From NCBI GenBank assembly GCA_036561525.1, contig DATBPD010000023.1, positions 58,930-122,929 on the forward strand: 64,000 nt of DNA, read 5' to 3'. This document shows positions 56,858-64,000 of this stretch, piece by piece (within the stretch, counting starts at the first letter, position 1; every line of letters starts with the position of its first letter). The notes under the pieces were generated by a model. The model was not told the DNA's origin, made no database searches, and worked only from the letters and a program-made list of their open reading frames with translations. The translations under genes and the position numbers were made by a program. The stretch is from Candidatus Dormiibacterota bacterium (lineage in GTDB: Bacteria; Chloroflexota; Dormibacteria; Aeolococcales; Aeolococcaceae).

Positions 56858-57247
56858 TCAGGCCGCGGCCGGCGAGGCCTTGGCGCGTCGCTCGGTCCCA
56901 CCCGCGACACGGCGCAGGTACACCGCGATGGCCACGCTGCCGATCGCCGCCCATGCGCACCACAACGAGGTCAGGCCGGTGAACGTGAGCCACGTGATCA
57001 CCCCGACGACCGCGAGGTTGGCCAGCCCGAACCCCGCCAGCAGCCGGTCGCTGGCGGCCAGCAGCGAACCGCAGGTGGCGACGACGTACAGCACGGTCAG
57101 CAGCACGGCGTAGGTGACCCCCGCCGTGTAGGCGATGTGGTGCCCGTGGCGCCACGCGTTTTCTCGGCGAAGCCTGGCCGCAACCCCGTGGTGCGATGAT
57201 GGGGGAGCGTCCAACCTCAATCGTCCACGCGGTGCGACCATTGGCAC
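56858..57247 (-). CDS. small membrane protein, hypothetical
   Basis: The product has three predicted TM helices (VTYAVLLTVLYVV, LANLAVVGVITWLTF, WAAIGSVAIAVYL). Confidence 0.4.
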   Translation of the reverse strand: MPMVAPRGRLRLDAPPSSHHGVAARLRRENAWRHGHHIAYTAGVTYAVLLTVLYVVATCGSLLAASDRLLAGFGLANLAVVGVITWLTFTGLTSLWCAWAAIGSVAIAVYLRRVAGGTERRAKASPAAA

Positions 57248-57271
57248 CCGTGATCGGAAGTTCTTCAGCCA

Positions 57272-60200
57272 GTGCCTGACAGCGTCCCTCTGACCCTCCC
57301 CGCGATGGGTGAATCCGTCGCCGAGGGCACCATCTCACGCTGGCTCAAGGCCGTCGGTGACAGCGTCGCCGAGGGGGAGTCACTCGTCGAGGTCACCACC
57401 GACAAGGTGGACGTCGAGGTGCCCTCACCGACCGCGGGCAGGCTCGAGAGCATCGTCGCCCACGAGGGCGATACCGTCGTGGTCGGGGCCACGCTGGCCA
57501 CCATCGCGCCCGCCGCCAATGGGGCCGCCGCGCCTCCGCGCGGCGACCAGGCTGCCAAGGAGAAGCCGGCCGCCGAACCGGCCGCGCCCGCGAAGCCGGC
57601 CGCGCCCGCGGCGGACGGCGCTGACAACCCCAACGTCTCACCCCTGGCCCGTCGCGCCGCCGTCATCCGCGGCGTCGACCTCCGCGCCGTCACCGGCACC
57701 GGCCCCCAATCGATGGTCCGAAGCGGCGACGTCAAAGCGGGGGCAAGCGCACCCGCCGTCGCCACCGTGGCGGCAGCAGCGCTTCCCGGCGAAACCACCG
57801 TCGAGCTGCGTGGCCCGGCGGCTGCGCTGGTCGACTACATGGAGCAGAGCCGCGACATCCCCACAGCCACCTCATTCCGCACCCTGCCGGTCACCATCCT
57901 CGACGCCCGTCGCCGCGAGCTCAACCTCGGGCTGGCTACGGCAGCCAAGGCCACCAAGGTCTCGTTCACCCATCTGATCGGCTACGCGGTCGCCCGCGCC
58001 GCTGCGGAGATGCCCGCAATGTGCGCCCACTTCGCGCGGACCGACCAGGGTCGTCCGGCTCGCGTCGAAGGCGGTGTCAACCTCGGTCTTGCTGTCGACA
58101 CCAGGCGCAAGGACGGCAGCCGCTTCCTGGTGGTGCCGGTGATCAGGGACGCAGGACAGCTCGACTTCGCAGCCTTCCGCAGCGATTACGAGCGTCTGAT
58201 CGAGCGTGCGCGCACCAACTCCCTTGCCGCAGAGGAGTTGCGCGGGGCGACGATCACTCTGACCAACCCCGGCGGCATCGGCACGGGCGCTTCAGTCCCG
58301 CGGCTGATGCCGGGTCAGGGAACCATCGTCGCCGTGGGCTCGCTCGGCTACCCGCCGGAGTGGCGCGAGGCGCCCGAGGCAAGGCCGCGCGAGCTCGGCG
58401 TTGCCAAGGTCATGACCATGACCTCGACGTACGACCACCGGGTCATCCAGGGAGCCCAGTCGGGCGAGTTTCTCGGCCGCATCGAGGCGCTGCTCAACGG
58501 CGCGGACGGCTTCTACGACGCCGTTTTCGCCAGCCTCGGCGTCGGGGTTCCGGCTGCAGAGATCGCGCGGGGCACCACCGCCGGGCCGCCGCCCGCCGAC
58601 TCGAGCGCACACCTCGCCGTCGTCGAAGCCGGCCAGCCATCGCGACAGCTGCTCGGCGCCATGCAGGCGGCGATCTCGCTGATCAAGGCCCACCGGACCC
58701 ACGGCCACCTCGGCGCGCACCTCGATCCACTCGGCACCCCACCGATCGGCGACCCCGCGATGGAGCCGGAGACGTACGGGCTCACCCAGGACCTCATGGA
58801 GAAGCTGCCGGCCGACCTGCTCCGTGTGTATGTGCCGGGTCGAACGCTCGCCGAGGTGTTGCCCAATCTCCGCCGCACCTACTGCGGAACCATCGCCTAC
58901 GAGATCGAGCACATCGCCAGCCACGAACAGCGCGTGTGGCTTCGCGAGCACATCGAGTCCGGTGCGTACCGGCTGCCCTTCAACGCGGACGCCAAGCGCC
59001 GCCTGCTGCAGCGTCTCACCAAGGTCGAGGCGATGGAACGGTACCTGCGCCGCACCTTCCTCGGCCAGAAGACGTTCTCTGCCGAGGGGCTCGAGTCGAT
59101 GGTGCCGATGCTCGAGTACCTGCTCAGCGCCATCGCCGACGACGGCATCGGTGAGGTGATCATGGGGATGGCGCATCGCGGCCGGCTCTCCACCATCGCG
59201 CATGTCGTCAACCGCCCGTACGAGGCGGTGCTCGCCGCATTCGAACGCGGTGAGCAGCGGCGCGCTGTCGGCGCCATCAGCGATGCCCCGACGGGTGATG
59301 TCAAGTACCACATCGGCGCCACCGGAACCTACGTCACCGACACCGGCAAGGGCATCACCGTCCGTCTCCTCCCCAACCCATCGCACCTCGAGGCGGTCGA
59401 CCCGGTGGTTGAGGGCTGGACTCGAGCGGCTCAGTCCAAGCGCAAGGCCGAGGTGCTCCACGTCGACCCCATGGCCGCCGTCCCTGTGCTGCTGCACGGC
59501 GATGCCGCGTTTGCCGGCCAGGGCGTGGTCGCCGAGGTGCTCAACCTGCAGTCACTGCCCGGCTACGCCACCGGCGGCACCGTGCACCTGATCACCAACA
59601 ACCAGATCGGCTTCACCACCGAGGCGGCCGACGGCAGGTCGACGCGCTATGCGAGCGACCTCGCCAAGGGTTTTGACGTGCCGATCGTGCACGTCAATGC
59701 CGACGACATCGAGGCGTGCATCAACGCCGTGCGCCTGGCCTACGACTACCGCCGCACCTATCACCGCGACGTCGTCATCGACCTGATCGGCTACCGCCGT
59801 TTTGGCCACAACGAGACCGATGAGCCGTCGTACACGCAGCCACAGATGTACCAGAAGATCAAGAACCATCCCCCTGTGCGCGAGCTGTTCGTGCGCCAGC
59901 TGGTCGCTGAGGGGCTGATCAGCGAAGCCGAGGCCGCCAACGACTTCGAGACGGCGTACAGCGCGGTCGCCGAGGCCCACAAACGGGTCAAGGCAACCCT
60001 CGCCGAGCCGGTCGAGGAGTCCGAGGAGTCGACCGCCGCCGAGACCGAGTCACCGCGGCCGTCGACCCGTGTCCCCGGACCCACCCTGGTCCTGCTCAAC
60101 GAGCAGCTCTCGACCGTGCCCGACGACTTCCACCTCTACCCCAAGCTCGCCAAGCAGCTTGACCGCCGCAGCGGCTCCCTCGAGCAGGGCCGCATCGACT

Positions 60201-61339
60201 GGGGCACGGCGGAGTCTCTCGCCTTTGCCTCGCTGGTGATCGAGGGCCGGCCCATCCGCCTCAGCGGGCAGGACACTCAGCGCGGCACCTTCAGCCAGCG
60301 ACACCTCGTGTTCCACGACGACCACACCGGCGCCGAATGGATCCCGATCCAGCACCTGGTGGGAGCATCGGCCACCTTCGAGGTCTACAACAGCCCGCTC
60401 AGTGAGGTGGCCTGCCTCGGCTTCGAATACGGGTACAGCGCCGCCGACCCCGACGCCACCGTGCTGTGGGAGGCGCAATACGGCGACTTTGTCAACAACG
60501 CGCAGATGGTCGTCGACCAGTTCGTCTCATCCGCCCTCGCCAAATGGGGGCAGCGATCGCGGCTGGTGCTGCTATTGCCGCACGGCTATGAGGGCAACGG
60601 ACCGGAACATTCGAGCGCGCGGTTGGAGCGCTTCCTACAACTCTCTGCGCACGGCAACATGCGCGTCGCCTACACCTCGACCGCGGCCCAGTACTTCCAC
60701 CTCCTGCGCGACCAGGCGTTGGCCCCGACGCCGCGTCCACTGGTGGTGATGACCCCGAAGAGCCTGCTGCGGCTGAAGGAATCGGCGAGCACATTGGACG
60801 AGCTCGCCGAGGGTGACTTCCGGCCGGTCATCGACGACCCCGCGATGTCGGCGGATGGCAAGCACCGCAAGGGAGTTCGCACCCTGCTGCTGTGCACCGG
60901 CAAGATCTACTACGAGCTCGAGCTGCATCCGAGCCGCGCTGAGGCGGACGACCTGGCCATCGCTCGGGTCGAGTTGCTCAACCCGCTTCCCATCGAGGAG
61001 ATCCTCGCGCTCATCCGCACCTATCCCAGCCTGGAACAGATCTACTGGGTGCAGGAGGAGCCGTCGAACATGGGGGCGTGGTTGCACCTGGCCCGCCCGC
61101 TCGGCCTGCGCAGGCCGTACGACATCCGCTGGGACTACATCGGCCGGCCGCGCCGCGCCAGCCCCTCCGAGGGCCACGCCGGCTCGCACCACCTCGAACA
61201 GGAGCGCATCGTCACCACCGCGCTGTCGACGTCGCAGACGCTTGCCGCCAAGCGCGCCGACATCGCCAACATCGCGCGCACCCGCGAGCCCGACAAGCTG
61301 CAGGCATCCGCCAGCCCCACGAAATCTGGCGACGCGTGA
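57272..61339 (+). CDS. sucA: multifunctional 2-oxoglutarate dehydrogenase: lipoyl domain, peripheral-subunit-binding domain, E2 acyltransferase core and E1o (SucB-SucA fusion, Kgd/OdhA-like)
   Basis: The product has a lipoyl-lysine motif VEVTTDKVDVEVPSP, a PSBD VSPLARRAAVIRGVDLRAVTGTG, an E2 catalytic DHRVIQG, and an E1o ThDP region through GDAAFAGQGV and HGYEGNGPEHSSARLERFLQL. Confidence 0.9.
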   Translation: MPDSVPLTLPAMGESVAEGTISRWLKAVGDSVAEGESLVEVTTDKVDVEVPSPTAGRLESIVAHEGDTVVVGATLATIAPAANGAAAPPRGDQAAKEKPAAEPAAPAKPAAPAADGADNPNVSPLARRAAVIRGVDLRAVTGTGPQSMVRSGDVKAGASAPAVATVAAAALPGETTVELRGPAAALVDYMEQSRDIPTATSFRTLPVTILDARRRELNLGLATAAKATKVSFTHLIGYAVARAAAEMPAMCAHFARTDQGRPARVEGGVNLGLAVDTRRKDGSRFLVVPVIRDAGQLDFAAFRSDYERLIERARTNSLAAEELRGATITLTNPGGIGTGASVPRLMPGQGTIVAVGSLGYPPEWREAPEARPRELGVAKVMTMTSTYDHRVIQGAQSGEFLGRIEALLNGADGFYDAVFASLGVGVPAAEIARGTTAGPPPADSSAHLAVVEAGQPSRQLLGAMQAAISLIKAHRTHGHLGAHLDPLGTPPIGDPAMEPETYGLTQDLMEKLPADLLRVYVPGRTLAEVLPNLRRTYCGTIAYEIEHIASHEQRVWLREHIESGAYRLPFNADAKRRLLQRLTKVEAMERYLRRTFLGQKTFSAEGLESMVPMLEYLLSAIADDGIGEVIMGMAHRGRLSTIAHVVNRPYEAVLAAFERGEQRRAVGAISDAPTGDVKYHIGATGTYVTDTGKGITVRLLPNPSHLEAVDPVVEGWTRAAQSKRKAEVLHVDPMAAVPVLLHGDAAFAGQGVVAEVLNLQSLPGYATGGTVHLITNNQIGFTTEAADGRSTRYASDLAKGFDVPIVHVNADDIEACINAVRLAYDYRRTYHRDVVIDLIGYRRFGHNETDEPSYTQPQMYQKIKNHPPVRELFVRQLVAEGLISEAEAANDFETAYSAVAEAHKRVKATLAEPVEESEESTAAETESPRPSTRVPGPTLVLLNEQLSTVPDDFHLYPKLAKQLDRRSGSLEQGRIDWGTAESLAFASLVIEGRPIRLSGQDTQRGTFSQRHLVFHDDHTGAEWIPIQHLVGASATFEVYNSPLSEVACLGFEYGYSAADPDATVLWEAQYGDFVNNAQMVVDQFVSSALAKWGQRSRLVLLLPHGYEGNGPEHSSARLERFLQLSAHGNMRVAYTSTAAQYFHLLRDQALAPTPRPLVVMTPKSLLRLKESASTLDELAEGDFRPVIDDPAMSADGKHRKGVRTLLLCTGKIYYELELHPSRAEADDLAIARVELLNPLPIEEILALIRTYPSLEQIYWVQEEPSNMGAWLHLARPLGLRRPYDIRWDYIGRPRRASPSEGHAGSHHLEQERIVTTALSTSQTLAAKRADIANIARTREPDKLQASASPTKSGDA

Positions 61340-62703
61340 GTCAGCGCGTTGTGGTCCTGGGCGGAGGCCCGGCCGGTGACGTCGCCGCCCTGCGCGCTGC
61401 GCAGCTCGGCGCCGACGTGGTGCTCATCGAGCGCGCCGAGCTGGGCGGCACCTGCCTGAACTGGGGATGCATCCCCACCAAGTCGCTGCTCGCCGGCGCC
61501 GACCTGCTGCGCAAGATCCGGCGGGCGGGCGACTTCGGCATCGAGGTGGATGAGCCGACCATCAACTTCGCCCGGATGATGGAGCGCAAGGAGGAGGTCG
61601 TCGTCAAGATGCGCTCTGGCGTGGAAGCCGCCTGCAAGCGCAGAAAGGTGCGCGTGGTGCGCGAGCAGGGCGTCATCGAGGGAGACGCCGTCATCGCCGG
61701 CGGCGAGCGCCACGAGTTCGATCACCTGATCATCTGTGTCGGCACCGTGGCCAGCGGGCTTCCCGGCATCGACATGGAGCACCCCCGCGTGGTCACCTCC
61801 GACGGCATCCTGCGCCTCGAGCGGATTCCCAAGCGCATGCTGGTGATCGGCGGCGGGGTCATCGGGTGCGAGTTCGCCAGCCTGTTCGCCCCGCTCGGTA
61901 CTCAGGTGACGGTGGTCGAAGTGCTGGCGCAGATCCTCACCGGCGTCGATCCGCGCATCGTCACCCAGTTCCGCAAGCTCGTCGAGAAGGAGGGCATCAC
62001 CTTCCACACGGGGCGCCGCGTCGAGAAGGTCGACTACCGCAAGACGTCTCTCACCGCGCATCTCGACGACGGCACCGAGGCGTCCGCTGACCTGCTCCTC
62101 GTCTCCGTGGGCCGGCAGCCGGACACGCGCGGGATCGGCCTCGAAGACGCCGGCGTGAAGGTGTCAGAGCGCGGCCACGTGGAGGTCGACGACCACCTCC
62201 GCACCGCCAACCCGAAGATCTGGGGGGCGGGGGACTGCATCGGCGGCGCCCAGCTCGCCCACCTCGCCAGCGCCGAGGCCGCCCGTGCCGTCGAGAACGC
62301 CCTCGGCCACGAGGTGATGGCGATCGACCGCACCGTGGTGCCGTCGTGCATCTACACTCATCCTGAAATTGCCATGGTTGGCCTCAACTCGGAGACCGCC
62401 AAGACAGCCGGGCATGAGGTGAAGGTCGGCCAGGCGAGGTTCCTCGGCAATGGCAAGGCGCTCGGCGAGGGCGAGCCGGACGGTGTCGCGCAGCTGTACT
62501 CCGACGCCGGTACGGGACTCCTGCTCGGCGCCACTGTGATGGGCGTGCACGCCGTCGAGATCATCCACGAGGTGGCTGTTGCCATCGCCGATGGGCTCAG
62601 CGTCGACGAGCTCGGCTCGATCGTCCACGCCCACCCGACGGTGAGCGAGAACATCATGGACGCCGCCCAGGTGGCCGCCGGGGTGGCTCCCTACCTCTCC
62701 TAG
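61336..62703 (+). CDS. lpd: dihydrolipoyl dehydrogenase (E3)
   Basis: A GTG start overlaps the sucA stop (GTGA). The product has GGGPAGDVAALRAA and a redox disulfide GGTCLNWGCIPTK. Confidence 0.9.
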   Translation: MSQRVVVLGGGPAGDVAALRAAQLGADVVLIERAELGGTCLNWGCIPTKSLLAGADLLRKIRRAGDFGIEVDEPTINFARMMERKEEVVVKMRSGVEAACKRRKVRVVREQGVIEGDAVIAGGERHEFDHLIICVGTVASGLPGIDMEHPRVVTSDGILRLERIPKRMLVIGGGVIGCEFASLFAPLGTQVTVVEVLAQILTGVDPRIVTQFRKLVEKEGITFHTGRRVEKVDYRKTSLTAHLDDGTEASADLLLVSVGRQPDTRGIGLEDAGVKVSERGHVEVDDHLRTANPKIWGAGDCIGGAQLAHLASAEAARAVENALGHEVMAIDRTVVPSCIYTHPEIAMVGLNSETAKTAGHEVKVGQARFLGNGKALGEGEPDGVAQLYSDAGTGLLLGATVMGVHAVEIIHEVAVAIADGLSVDELGSIVHAHPTVSENIMDAAQVAAGVAPYLS

Positions 62704-63104
62704 CCGCGAATCTCGCCGCGCAACTCCCGATCGCGTCGCCGCAACCGCCTCACCTTCACCAACCGTCGAGCCAGCCGCGCCTCACGGATGGTCAGCACCG
62801 CGAAGAAGAACCCAACCCCGAGCAACACTCCGCCGATCCAGCGTGGCGACAGCACCACGCTGCTGGTGCCCCCGGCCAGGCAGAGGGCCGTGGCGGTCCC
62901 GAAGCCAACCGTGATGAGCACACGGGAGGCCAGCGACGCCGTCTCGCGCGCCTCGCGGACCCGCCGCCGCATCGCCGGCGAGCTCGCCGCCGCTCGACCC
63001 GCGGTGCGACCTGCCGCCTGGGCCGCCGCCGCCCGCCGCCGTGCGCCCGCCAGCCTCCAGAACAATACCCCGGTGAGGATGCGGATGAGCAGCGTCCACG
63101 GCAT
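62700..63104 (-). CDS. small Arg-rich membrane protein, hypothetical
   Basis: The product has two TM helices and RRRAAAAQAAGR and RRLRRRDRELR basic stretches. It overlaps the lpd stop convergently. Confidence 0.4.
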   Translation of the reverse strand: MPWTLLIRILTGVLFWRLAGARRRAAAAQAAGRTAGRAAASSPAMRRRVREARETASLASRVLITVGFGTATALCLAGGTSSVVLSPRWIGGVLLGVGFFFAVLTIREARLARRLVKVRRLRRRDRELRGEIRG

Positions 63105-63218
63105 CGTTCAATTGTGGGCCACCTCCCGGCAAATCCGACTCTCCGTGCACACCCGCGGTGCACGGCGCGAGCCGGTGCTATCGTCGGGCACCCCACGACC
63201 GCCACGGAGGTAGCTGCG

Positions 63219-63449
63219 ATGGTTCGGGCGTACGTTCTCATCACTGCCACGGCGGGCAAGGCACTCGAGGTGGTCGAGCGATTGCGCTCGTCCGAGGGCG
63301 TTCTCAACGCTGACGCGATCACCGGGGAGTACGACGTCATCGCGCTGGTGCAGGCAGACGACATCGCGGGCATCGGCCGGCTCGTCGTCGAACGCGTCCA
63401 GGGTGCCAGCGGTGTGCTCAAGACGATCACCTGCCTGGCAGTTCCGTAG
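63219..63449 (+). CDS. Lrp/AsnC-type ligand-binding (RAM) domain protein, stand-alone
   Basis: GGAGG lies 8 nt upstream of the ATG. The 76-aa product MVRAYVLITATAGKALEVVERLRSSEGV... has a beta-alpha-beta-beta-alpha-beta pattern. Confidence 0.65.
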   Translation: MVRAYVLITATAGKALEVVERLRSSEGVLNADAITGEYDVIALVQADDIAGIGRLVVERVQGASGVLKTITCLAVP

Positions 63450-63454
63450 TCCGT

Positions 63455-64000
63455 TTGGAGGTCACCGGCGCTCCCGCGACCGGGCTGCGAGGCCTCCTCC
63501 ACGAGTCGTTCGCGCTCCTGCGCGGCAGCCCCCGGCTGCGCGGGTCGCTTTTCCTGTGGTTGGGTATTGGGCTGGTGGTCAGCGAGAGCTTCACCATCCC
63601 GCTTGCGGAGCTGCACGATCCCCACTCAGTCGTGCCACTGGGCGCCGGAGCGTTGGCGTCGTGGGCCGCTGTGTCGCTCTTCCTGGTCTTCGGCGCACCA
63701 CTGCTGCTGACGCCGGACGGTGAGCGAGTCGACCGCTACGGGCTTCCCAACGGTCTGACCGCCATCCGCGCCTGGCTCTGCTTTCCGCTGGTGGTGTGCG
63801 CCGCGGTGTCGCTGCCGGGAAGCCTCGGGCTCTACCTCTGGTGCGCGGTCGGTGGGAGCACGGGGATGCTCGATTTCGTTGACGGCTACGTCGCTCGGCG
63901 GTTCGGGCCTGTGACCGCCCTTGGCAAGGCGATGGACCCCGCGATGGACGCGGTGTTCTTCGGAATGGGCGGAGTCGGCAGCTGGCTGCTGGGTATCTCG
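63455..64000 (+). CDS. CDP-alcohol phosphatidyltransferase family protein (PgsA-like), 3' partial
   Basis: The product has the conserved DFVDGYVARRFGPVTALGKAMDPAMD, a D-G-x2-A-R...G...D...D motif. The start is uncertain (TTG 63455). It continues past the window end. Confidence 0.65.
   Translation, partial: MEVTGAPATGLRGLLHESFALLRGSPRLRGSLFLWLGIGLVVSESFTIPLAELHDPHSVVPLGAGALASWAAVSLFLVFGAPLLLTPDGERVDRYGLPNGLTAIRAWLCFPLVVCAAVSLPGSLGLYLWCAVGGSTGMLDFVDGYVARRFGPVTALGKAMDPAMDAVFFGMGGVGSWLLGIS

Noticed and set aside
56845-56880. Hairpin CCTCGCCG-N12-CGGCGAGG as a bidirectional terminator between convergent genes.
   Set aside because: It overlaps the 3' coding end of the minus-strand membrane-protein ORF and has no flanking U/A tracts.

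Overview
The window is about 72% GC and is mostly a chromosomal backbone of metabolism genes. Recognisable genes include split glycine dehydrogenase gcvPA/gcvPB, pyrE, a hutH-hutU-hutG-hutI histidine-degradation operon, a cysH-cysC-sir-cysG-tauE sulfur-assimilation operon, a 2-oxoglutarate dehydrogenase E2-E1 fusion with lpd, DNA polymerase IV and ssb. Two accessory-like loci are embedded in it. The first (about 13.05-20.4 kb) has an XRE-family HTH gene and dinB followed, after a low-GC divergent region with repeats, by a three-gene operon that looks like a type IV secretion (MPF-FATA-like) module: a VirB6/TrbL-like polytopic membrane protein, a VirB3-VirB4-like ATPase and an M23 cell-wall hydrolase. 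The second (about 39.9-45.4 kb) has a stand-alone ssb, a second VirB6-like gene, a VirB2/TrbC-like mini-pilin, and a methyltransferase/GNAT/FG-GAP-repeat protein set. A nearly identical 16-nt dyad-containing motif sits upstream of both the mini-pilin gene and the FG-GAP gene. Other notable points are three orphan TadE/TadG-like pseudopilin genes, two paralogous FG-GAP repeat proteins flanking an ABC-F plus GNAT pair, and a candidate ydaO-type c-di-AMP riboswitch ahead of a transglycosylase-like gene. The E2-E1 fusion retains its own lipoyl and subunit-binding domains. No CRISPR array, rRNA or tRNA gene was recognised. Every call is made by eye from the ORF translations and the sequence, with no database search run.
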